A DNA stretch of 52,157 nucleotides, the filler included, from Bipalium vagum (lineage: Eukaryota): the NCBI GenBank assembly GCA_037834085.1. It is 3 parts of 3 records of this genome, joined end to end, with 100 filler letters (N's around TTAATTAATTAA, not from the genome) between each part and the next. Parts side by side here need not be neighbours in the genome. Positions count along the whole stretch, not along the records: positions 35,881 to 52,157 come from JBBMKC010118762.1; 2 more parts are not named here. One strand, given 5' to 3'. The notes beneath the pieces were generated by a model. It had not been told where the DNA came from, ran no database searches, and saw nothing but the letters and a program-made list of their open reading frames with translations. This document shows, one piece after another, positions 36,599 to 47,506 of this stretch; position 1 is the first letter of the stretch; every line of letters starts with the position of its first letter. The position numbers were made by a program, and so were the translations under genes.

Positions 36599-39500
36599 AT
36601 GGCAAGCTCTGCGGATTCGTCCAGAGAATTTATCGTTAACGGCAAGTATCGGTTAATTAGAAAAATCGGCTCCGGCTCGTTTGGCGAGATTTATCTCGGA
36701 GTTAACCAGGCCAACGGCGAGGAAGTTGCCGTCAAGTTGGAGCACCAAAACGCTCGTCATCCCCAACTGTTGTACGAGAGCAAGCTGTACAAAATCTTGT
36801 CGGGCGGTGTCGGAATTCCACATATCAGGTAAACATCAATGAAATCTGAAGTCGTTTTTCGTCGTTATTGATTATTAATTCATTTAAAAGTTACTTGATT
36901 TATTGAACATTGTCTCGATTTTTTAATATTTTTTGGTATATGGGTAATTTATTGATTTATTTGAGATTGTTTATTGGTTTGTTATTTTGATAATTTTAAT
37001 TTCAATTACTGATTATTGTGCTGAATTTATTTGATTTTTCTAAAATATTAAAATTTGATTGATTTATTGATATATTGAAAATAATCTTGAGTTATTTTGT
37101 TTATTATTGATTTAATTAAAAATTATCATTGATTTATTATTTAGGTTATAATTTATGGATTTTTCATTTTGGTTATTGATCTATTAAAGATTTGATTTAT
37201 ATATTGATAATTTAAAAAGAATTTGTCATTTTAATAATATTCATTTCTCATTATTATTGGTTCATTTAAAATTTGATTGACATCGATTTAATATATTGAT
37301 TATATATTGATTTAATTAAAGAGAATTATTGATTTGATATTTCATTTATTGAATATTTTTTAATTGTTAATTTTGAATAATCAATTAATACCTGACTCTG
37401 TCTCTTTATCTGGCTTAGATGGTTCGGAAAGGACAAGGAACACAACATGCTCGTCATGGACCTTCTGGGGCCGAGTCTGGAGGACTTGTTTTCGTTTTGT
37501 TCCCGCCGGTTCACGATGAAGAGCGTTCTGATGCTTGCCGATCAGATGATCTCGCGAATCGAATACGTACACAACAAAAACTTCATTCACCGCGACATCA
37601 AGCCCGACAACTTTCTCATGGGCATCGGTCGCCACTGCAACAAGGTCTTCATCATAGATTTTGGTCTGGCCAAAAAATACCGAGACAACCGGACCGGGAA
37701 GCACATCAGCTATCGGTAATCGATTGAGTGCCGTTTTGAGAGCGTGTTTTGATCAATTTTGTTAAGAATAGTAATAAAAAACAGGATTTATATTTATTGA
37801 TTTATTAAAAAATGATTATTGATTTGATTATTATGATAAATTAAATATTTTATTGAGAAATAACTTAGTAAATATCAATTTCTTGATTTTTAAAGTTTTT
37901 GAAGTATATTATTTATTGATTTATTTAAACTGAATTATCGATTTTTTATTTTTATGAAAAATTGATTTATTGATTATATATATATATATATATTTTTTTA
38001 ATTATTATTTTTATATATATGTATTTTTTTTTAATTGATTTTAATAATGACTCATTATTTTGATTTATTATTAACTTTTTTAACGATTATTAATCGATAT
38101 CTTTTAATAATCAGAGAAGACAAGAATCTAACTGGAACGGCCCGGTATGCCAGTATTAACGCCCATTTGGGCATTGAACAGTCGAGACGGGACGATATGG
38201 AGTCTTTGGGTTACGTTTTGATGTATTTCAATCTCGGTGTTCTGCCATGGCAAGGACTCAAGGTTGATTTTTCTTTAATTTATGCATTTGTAAATGGTTA
38301 TTATTTATACTGTCGTGATTGATTTATTATTATTGAATTCATTGATGTAATTAATCGATTTTTCATTTAATAATTGATGGTTTATTAAAATTTGACGATT
38401 ATTAATCGACTTATTGATAAATAACTAAATTATTGATTATTAATATCCAATTTTATTGGGAAGATTTTTTCATTGCACTGACAAGAAAAACTTTCTTTTC
38501 TCTTACGCAATGGTTTCCTTTGATATTTACCTTTAATCTAATTACCTGATTAACCTTCTTATTAGCCTCTCGCTCTGATTCCCTGTTTCTCACTTTAGAT
38601 TTCCCCCCAAAGCTCTAAATCAATTAATTAATCTCCGATAAATTTATAATTTTTTTTAATGTTATTGGAGAAAAACTATTTTCGGAATTTTGAGGCAATT
38701 AATGGATTTTTTCTAAGTAATAAAATGTTAATATTACGGAAAATTTTGTTTCTCTTTTCATTAATGAAATGAGAATTGTTTCGAATCATTTATTTTCTCC
38801 AAACGACAACCCACCATAAACGATTTTAAAATTGTAATTGTTATTTTTCATCAATTGTATTCATGACGGATTAATCACAAAAAACTCGCAACACTGTCGG
38901 TCTTAGATAATCTTTTTGATTATTTCGATGTTTGAAATGAGGTCTTTAAATAACCTTTTTATTCAAAAGAGGTCTTGAGTGTTTGATTGATATTAATTTT
39001 AAACGAGTTAAATTTTTTTATCATTTATCACAAAATTATATTGCCAAAATTAAAAGCTCAACGTTTTGTCTTGATCGGAAATTAATTAGCGTTTTATATC
39101 CGGAATTTTGTTAAGAAGATATTTGAAAAAAATTCTCGTACAGTTCCATATAAAGCTCTAAGGACTCAAAATGTGATTAGAGATTTATGAGAAGATTTTT
39201 CATCAAAGTGCTTGGTGTAATGTCAGATTTGGTCATGGTAATTTTGATGTTAAAGTGTCCAGTTACCAGGTCGCTTCGTTCGATTGGCAAATTTAAAATA
39301 ATTAGAAAAAAGAACAATGCATTTTTTCAAGCGATATTCAAAAACAATCGAAATATTATATCCGTTCAAATCTAATTTAAACGGATAAAGTTGATTCATT
39401 TTGCACGGAAAAGTTACGTGACCAAAAATGGATCCTTTATGAAAATCGTTAAAGTACATGAAAGGGGATAGATAAATATTCCATTCAAAAATTCTTGTCC

Positions 39501-42212
39501 AAAACCATGTTTACACCCAAAAAAGATATTGATAACAGTTTTGGAGTGTGTCCAGAAATAGATTTGTCATAAATTTTTTTAAAAATCAATAGTTAGAAGA
39601 TTACTGCTTCCAATCGAAACGCTTATCCCAAAAAATTAAAATTATTCATTCATCGATAGTCAAGAAAAAAAATGTCAATTTTTTTGCATGACATCGGTAG
39701 ACCAGATATAACCAGAATATGGGATTTCCCTATTCTGCGTACTCATGTGATGATATATTTCCTCCTCATTATTGTTTATTTCGACCATTTGATAATTTCC
39801 TCTGAGCAAAATCTTGAAGGTTTATGATTTTGTAAAAGTGAGTTCAAGAAATCGTTTCCTATCACAAGCAAGGCTTCCATTCGCGTTGGGAACACAGTGT
39901 ATTGAACATAATGAAAACTACTTCTTCTAATGAGTCATTTCTTAAATTTAAAGTTACTTAAATTTTATTTTTGTTTTTAAAACTCTCATTAATTTCTGAA
40001 CGTAACCTTTCGCTCCGAGGAGTCTTCATAGCTTCGTTAGTAACATCAAAATCAACATCTTGAGGTGCGCCAGGATTTTGGTTTATTTCAAACCAAAAGT
40101 TCTTTTACTAATAAATTTAAGAGCCTTCGAACCTTTCAAATATACCTTTGAATTGAATTTCTCGCTTTATAGCTGATATATATTATTCCACCGGTAATGT
40201 TCTTTGTCTTTCCTAAGAAAAATAATTGCACAACTTTGTTCCCATTCCTCTTCCATTTCTTTAAAACTCAAACTATAAAGAAATATTTCAAATAAATCTC
40301 GAGAAATCATTATTTCAAAAAGACTAAAATCTTAAGGATGTGCTCAATCGAATTAGATTTTCTGATAATTTCATAAACTAATTTAATTGATAATTTTGTA
40401 CTTTTTGAAATGAAACCTTAATTTTCCCGATAAAATCGAATGTTAAAACTTTAAGTTAAAGAAACAATACTGTTTTTGGAAGAAAGGGGTGTTTCCGTAA
40501 TTCATAAAACCATCGGAATTGAATATTATTTTTACAGGGTTATGCAGAAATGTATATAAAATTATTCAAAATATATAGAAAAATGTTCAGAAATATATAG
40601 TAGAAATGTACACAAAATAAATTCTTGTCCCGCCAAGGCTTTTTCTATAAACCGCCTCATATTGCGAAAATAACCATTTAAATCGATATCGTCATGCATG
40701 AGTACTGGGGTAATCAATTCTTTTAAATATGTATTTGTGACATACGCTGATGATTCGAAGGCTTTGGTGTTCCTTGGCGAATATCCATAACTTCTGGTTT
40801 GGTGTAAGATGACTCCTGTTTCATCTAAGTAAACCAGCCTACAATTTTCAATGTCCTCAATGTCCCTCACATAAAGCTGTCTAGCCTCAATGGTTTTACT
40901 ATTATTTCTCTTTTTGGAACTCTGACCTTTCGCTTTCAATAATCGACTAATAATGATTATACCTGAAAATGGCAAAAGATTGTCGATGTTGTTTAAATCA
41001 ATTCTTTCATTCTGTTTTTTCTATTTGATTTTTTCAAAATTTTTATTAAATACAAAAAAACTGTCCCGCCTCCAAATAATTTATTAAATTTATCCTTTGA
41101 AATATTCATAACAGAAATTATTATTTTAAATTATATGGTTAAATATTCGACAGTTATTGGTCAAAAACCACTTGTGCAGTTTATCATCCTCCCTTAATTA
41201 TAAATATGAACATATTTACTTCTCATTGTTATATTTACATTTTTTAATGACCAGTCCGTATATGACCATGTGACGGATATTAAGTAAAGCAGGTTCACAT
41301 GGTTAGGTATGGAAAACGTAGAGGCGGAAGAGGCATGTGAGATTTTTTACAGTCAAAATTTCCAATTGTATTAAAGAAATGTGTGTAGTTTAAATTAATA
41401 ATTATAACACAAAGACACTTGGAATCATCCACTGACAAAAATAAGTAGTAAATATTTGCTGGAGAAATATTTTATATTTGTAACCAAAGGTGGGGAAAAT
41501 CGCGCGAAATTAGAGTTTTGAAACAAGCTTAACGAAAATAAAAGATAACACCGCCAATCATGAGTGAGCGGATATTCAGAATCAATCAATTATTATTAAA
41601 TATCGATTCCATTAGGCAGCAACCAAACGACAGAAATACGAAAAAATCAGCGAAAAGAAAATTTCGACATCGATCGAGATGTTGTGTCAGCGATTTCCAG
41701 CCGAATTCACAATGTATTTGAACTATTGTCGCGGTCTTCGTTTCGAGGAAACACCCGACTACATGTATCTCAGACAACTGTTCAGAATCTTATTTCGAAC
41801 ACTTAATCACCAGTTTGATTACACTTTCGATTGGACTATGCTCAAACAGCGATCGGTGATGAACAATACCAGCTTTGCCAACGGAACCGGGACCGGTGCA
41901 ACAAATCAAAACGCCGCCCTCGGTGCCGGTGGTGGTGTCTCTTGCACAAATGCCGGTCCGTCAGTAGGTGTCAATATGACAATGTCGTCTCAGAACGCTT
42001 TTAAATCCTCTGCTTTGCAATCGCAACCGACAATGATGGCAAATACTAACCAGATCAACAGCAACAATGCCACAACGGGGCTCGGTCACGGATTAGGTTT
42101 GGCACTGTATTCCAACGCTGTCAACACGGCCAGTTCTTCTCAATTCAACAATTTCACTCATTCAGCCGGACCCGTTCCGTTGTCAGCCAAGAAAGCCGGG
42201 GGCCCTTATTAG
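36599..42212 (+). CDS. CSNK1A1: Casein kinase 1 alpha, 423 aa, 4 exons
   Basis: Exons 36599-36828, 37419-37715, 38115-38262, 41616-42212 (1272 nt, in frame). [46 protein letters not shown] (alpha-type), [55 protein letters not shown]. Confidence 0.97.
40535..40975 (-). mobile_element. Internally deleted IS630/Tc1-like (DDE_3) element in CK1alpha intron 3
   Basis: [14 protein letters not shown]...[26 protein letters not shown] is fused to the C-terminal [26 protein letters not shown]-like ta-cagggttatgcagaaa lies at 40533. Confidence 0.6.
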
Positions 42213-44767
42213 GGCGAAAAGCGGGAGAGACAGAGATTGTGAAGGAAGTCTTTAAACTAATTTTTGCGCGTGCTGTGTGTCTGTTTATTAAAATGTTTGT
42301 GTGTGTATAAATATCTCTAATAATGGTAGTATTATTGTTATTATTTTCTATCCAAGTGCAACAAGTGAGTGTGCGTGTGTGAATGTGTATTTATGAACAT
42401 CTTGATTGCGTGTGCGTGTGTGTTCTGATTGGCGAAAAATGTTAATATTGCGAATTCGTTATTATTTTTGATTTATTTTCTATTTTTGATCGGTTCGAAC
42501 TGGAAATAAATTACTTTTGTCTTCTTACTCCCCCATCCCGACCACCCTCACTCCTCATTCCTTTTCTGTCTCCCTTATCATTTTTACCAAACAAAGTCTT
42601 CTTCTCACCCGTCCCCGGTTGCCAATAGTTCCCCGTCATATATATTTCTTCCCCAGGTACAAATCGTGTTTCGTCACGTGGTAGATGATTTTTCAAAAAA
42701 AAATAATCAATCGATATTTTGTTTTTGTTAATTGATTATTAAAAATATTAATAATTTATGAATAAAAGTACGATAACAGTTGGATAATACTTTTTTATTC
42801 AATTGATATTATAATTTTTTGTTTATCGATTATCTCAGATATTGATTATTGTTAACATTCAATAATAATAATATCACTGGAAAATGTTGATAATTTACGA
42901 AATATCAATAGTATCCTAATTGTGTGTTATTAATTATTATAAACATTAATCAATGAAAATCTGTAATTAAAATCATTTTTTATTGATTACCGATTTTGAT
43001 CGTGTTTTTCGTCTTTCTTTGGAGCTGTTAAAATTGCTATGCTTTGTCAAAATCCGAGGAAGAAGCTTCGTTCCGCTTGAGATATTTTGTTCTGTTCGAA
43101 TAATACAATTGATCGATTTATATGAATAAATTATTTTTCCATTACGAAACAAGATTCAATTACTGTGTTTTATTGATGTTTTCATTGAAAAATCAGATAT
43201 TATTTTATATATGGAAGCGATCGTTTTAAATACACCTTTAATTAGACATCGAGATTTATAAGGGTCTTATGTGACTTTCATTTCAACTTTTATTTTTGTC
43301 TGACAATTGCTTTCAATAATTGAACAATTTTCATTGATGTGGAATTAACGTCAAATATGATTTTTTCCGATTTTTGATACATGAATGTCATCGAATTCTC
43401 TGATCTGAGATTGAAATGCTTTAAAATATTTCCTGTTATTTATATTTTCAGAGACTAGTGATTTTAATTGTTAAATTATCAATATGGAGTTTTGAGAAAT
43501 AAGAATAATGTTAAGAAAATAAGTAGTAGTTTAAAAAAACTAAATATCTTGAAATTTAGCTCATGAATAAAGTATGATGATTCTTCTATATGTAGAAGTC
43601 TGTAGCTGATTTGTATTAATTTGAGGTGAGGGTTACCTTTTATAGTTTGGCATTAAACGATATCAATTGTAGCTAAACACGAAAGCCTCATAAACTAAGT
43701 GAGATAAGCAGTAAAATATCATTTACGACTACATGAGATATTTTCCCTTCAGGCAATTATTTTATATTCCTTATTTTAACTCTTCGTTGAGGTCGTACCA
43801 GATAATTTTTCTAGTTTTCCTATTCAAAGTCGAGTTAAAGTTATTTTATTCCGAATTATCAATAAATTCATTTTATTTTCTCGTTCTAGTCATCTTGGAG
43901 ATTTAAAAAGATGATTTATGACGTCATCGACGATATTTGAAATTTGGGGATTACCTAAACACCCACCCTTCACAAATAAGAATCTTGAAATTGTACACAA
44001 AATAATGACACTAAAAATATTAATGTTAACTAATTAATAATGAAAAGTTAATTAAAATATTGATAAAAGAATAAAAGTAATTTATTCTTTTCTAAAAAGG
44101 GTCTAATCTTGATAATGGCGAAGAAGAAAATCGTGATTTTAAAAGAAACCCTTATTGTCATTCGGAAAAAGCATTCTATTGTTAATCATGTACGTTTGTA
44201 TGATGAGGCTGCTCCTTAAATTGTGTTTAAATTTGTCACCAGAGGGCTATCTCTGAATAACTGTAAAGGCTCAGCTCATATTTCGAGAAACTTGAACGGT
44301 GTTAAGTTGTTATATCGTTTTATTTTAATCTTAGTGATTTTTGTTTTAACATTATTTAATATTAATAATTATTCAAGTTTGATTATTGATTTCATTAACT
44401 TTAAGTATTTATTTTGTTATAATTAATTGAATCGATTTAATTAAATTTTTGGTGTTTAATTGATTATGTTAGACAATTAAAGATTATTATGGTCCCCATT
44501 TGTTAAGCTTGTCACTTTGTGAATTGTTATCAGTGTGATTTATTATGATATAAATACAAGTTGTTGTCTTAGTGATTGTTGTTATTTTGCACCAACTAAG
44601 AGTTGGAGTTAGGTTTAAAGTTTGATACACTAAATAGTGAACATTTATATCAACCAAGTGTATTTTAACGATATTTGTGGTCTTAGGATATTGATTTAAC
44701 TGTACAAAATTTAAGTGATTATTTAGAAAAACTAAAAAAGTATTTCAAAAAGCCTCAACAAATTTAT

Positions 44768-45577
44768 TTAATCATAATTTTCAAACCAATCTTCTTGCAA
44801 AATCTGAAAGAAATCAATTCTGTCTTCTGGAAAACGGTTAGTGCAACCTAAAATTAAAGACATTGCAATATCTGAACACTGTTTTCCAACCAGAGGACGG
44901 CATTGTTTGTTTTCCTCTTCTGTTTGATAAGGAATTATTCGCTCCAAACATTCGTACATTAAACATCCAAATGTAAAAGCCAAATTTGGTATGATCCTAG
45001 TCGGATAACGATTAAAGGATTCTGGGCTTTTATAACCGATTGTTCCTTTACCCTGCATCGAAAACAGAGGTTCTATTGAAGGGTCCCAGACCATAATTTC
45101 AAAGTCAATAATCTTTACCTCCAAAGTCAATTTATTGACCATGATGTTTTCTGGTTTCATGTCCATATGATAAAATCCATGCTCCGCCAAGTCATACATG
45201 ATAAAAAGAACTTGTCTTAAAATTATTCTTTTATATTCTTCTCTGTTATTTATTTTATTGTAGCCGTGCAAATCGACCCAATCACTGTCTAAAAATTCCA
45301 TGACAACAGTAGACCAATTCAGTTCATCATGGAAATTGATCAATTGCGGAACATACGTAAATTCATTCAATCTTTTCAGATAAAACCATTCTTTTGGTAC
45401 TTGCTTTTCACTGTCTTTGTCCAAAATGTAAGTGTCGAATCTCGGGGATTTTAGAAAAGATTTCAGAAGGACTTTCCTAAGGTTTTCATCAAAGGCTTGA
45501 TGAACACAACATCTGTCACTCAATTTTATTACAGAGTAATTATGATACTTTTGGTTAAGTAAACTTTCAATTTGCAT
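44768..45577 (-). CDS. Intronless divergent Ser/Thr kinase (Pim/CAMK-like), 269 aa
   Basis: VLLK, VPKEWFYLKRL (Pim-like VP.E...L), VVMEF...DL hinge, YHMDMKPENIMV, KIIDFE, GTIGYKSPE, FTFGCLMYE, R.PEDR....IL...WF. Confidence 0.85.
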   Translation of the reverse strand: MQIESLLNQKYHNYSVIKLSDRCCVHQAFDENLRKVLLKSFLKSPRFDTYILDKDSEKQVPKEWFYLKRLNEFTYVPQLINFHDELNWSTVVMEFLDSDWVDLHGYNKINNREEYKRIILRQVLFIMYDLAEHGFYHMDMKPENIMVNKLTLEVKIIDFEIMVWDPSIEPLFSMQGKGTIGYKSPESFNRYPTRIIPNLAFTFGCLMYECLERIIPYQTEEENKQCRPLVGKQCSDIAMSLILGCTNRFPEDRIDFFQILQEDWFENYD

Positions 45578-46419
45578 TTGATGATAATTGGAGAAATAAG
45601 AAGGACAAAAAAGGAATATTTTTTTATTATTTTTCTGATTTTTTTAATTTTTAAAATTAATATTATCATTATTTAAACTAATAAATAATTAAATTGTTTT
45701 TTTAACCTTTTTTAAAAAAATTAAATCTTTTCAATTTAAAAATAATTTTTAATAATATTTTTAAAAATAATTATTTAATTTGACTAAAATATTGAAAGAA
45801 AATATGAAATATTTATAATAATTAAATAAAAAAAAGAAACAGTAAATATTTAAAAATTATTAAATTAAATTTTAAAAATAATTATTTTATTATCAATATA
45901 TGAAATATTTACAGGATAATAAGATTTTTTGAGGGTTTTTAATAAATAGTTAAAATAAATTTTGAAGTCCGCTCAATATATTTATTTTAAACAAAGATAA
46001 TGAAATTCCAAAAAATATTCTATTTAGCCAATCAATATTTAAATTAAATGTCTTCATTTCATTTGATTAAATTATAATTTATAATTAATTGTAACATTAA
46101 TAAAGTGAATAACCAATTTTTAAAAAATTCTTTAAAATTGTTTATAACTTTTATTGGCTTATTATTCTTATGTTAAAAAAATCTAAATTTGATTTGCACT
46201 TTTGCGGAAATTGTTTAGTATTCTTTAATTTTATATAATTAATTATTTAAAATAATTAATTTATTTTAAAATATCCGAAATATATATATTTTAAATTTAA
46301 AAATATTTTAGAAAAAATAATATCTTCTAAAATATTTAAATAAAAGTGAGAATTAAAATTAAAAAAATAATTTTTAATAAACTGATTAAATTTTATAATT
46401 TCAATAAATTTTTCTAAAT

Positions 46420-47270
46420 ATTAACCCAGACAGGCTTATCTGACTCAATATCATTTTTATGGTTCAATTCTATAATAATCACACGGTTGAGGCTAATAAT
46501 ATTAACATTAGCCATATTTACTAACTCAAAAACTGTCAATATTAATCTCCCATTATCAAATACAATTAAATGAAAAATATAGAGGAGCAGCACTCAAGTG
46601 TTGTAATATTAATGATAAAAGTATTAAAATTTTAATTTTATGATGGAAGTAAACATGATTTCGATTTATTCTTTAAAAGTATTACAAAGAAATTTCCTTA
46701 TCAACTAAAAATATAACTACAAAATAGGTTGATATTTTTTATTCGTTTCTGTTTTAAAAATATTAGATTCTTAGATTTATTAAGAATGGTGGATGTTTCA
46801 ATGCCAATTGAAAAAATAAGAAAGATACATCTAAAAGAAAAATAATAAATGAATATAATCTAATCCCAAATAAAGTAGTTTACCTTATGATTGTGTTCCC
46901 GCAGAAAATTTTTATGAATCAAAACTATTATTATTAAATGAAGATATTTCACTGAAAACTCGATTTGATTCAGTTTTAAAACAATCACATATTTCAGATG
47001 AAGATTATCATATAATTTTAGAAGATTATAAAAAAATTTTAAGAATCTAAAAGAATATACTTTAAATTACATGAAATTAGATATTTTAATGCTAGCTAAT
47101 TTTATGGAAAATATAAGAGAAATATGTTTAACATGTTATGATTTAGATTTATGTTATTGTTATTCTGCTATGAGAATATGTGATCACCGGAAAACATCGG
47201 ACGTTGGACTCAAAGCTACATAAATCTATACCTTATAAATAAGTGAGATTCAAAGAGGCGATGTTTTCTA
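46420..47270 (+). mobile_element. Polinton/Maverick (adintovirus-type) protein-primed DNA polymerase B remnant
   Basis: Collinear frameshifted motifs: EKYRGAALKCCNI (cf. GKYRGAAH..CNL), FYDGSKHDFDLF (cf. FHN.S.YD.HL), NIRFLDLLRM (cf. RFLDS.RFM), K.VY/YD (cf. KGVYPYDY), FDSVL...ISDEDY, KNLKEYTLNYMKLDILMLANFMENIREICLTCYDLD..Y.SA (cf. TL.EY..LYLK.DVLLLAD.FE.FR..C...YGLD), QRGD (cf. IRGG). Confidence 0.78.
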
Positions 47271-47506
47271 AAGACATTAAATTACGAATTCATGATTTAG
47301 AAAACGTCTTCTCTCAGATAAAAAAACGCTAAAATAAATAAATAGTTTATTCAATAAAGAAAAATTATAACCAATCACAAACATCGAAGGAGACATAAAT
47401 GGGATAAGGCCTATACTATAATGAAACACAGACGGCGAGGACGATAGACACATGAAAAGATGAATTAAAAGTTTGACGACAATCTCTTTCAAACATTTCT
47501 CCTCTT

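Noticed and set aside
37326-37727. Overlapping ORFs on both strands over CK1alpha exon 2
   Set aside because: Expected by-product of a GC-rich conserved exon.
42470-42510. ggttcgaac, resembling a tRNA T-loop/B-box
   Set aside because: No cloverleaf or A-box upstream; it lies in the CK1alpha 3' UTR.
42970-43430. Short minus-strand open frames downstream of CK1alpha
   Set aside because: No consistent splice model and no recognisable similarity.
44199-44255. ATGATGA...CTGA C/D-box snoRNA candidate
   Set aside because: No terminal stem at k-turn spacing, no recognisable rRNA guide, short, and not intronic. The region may instead be a FLYWCH/MULE-like relic.
45620-46410. Extremely AT-rich tract
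   Set aside because: No periodicity or long inverted repeat that I could discern; treated as low-complexity intergenic or promoter DNA.
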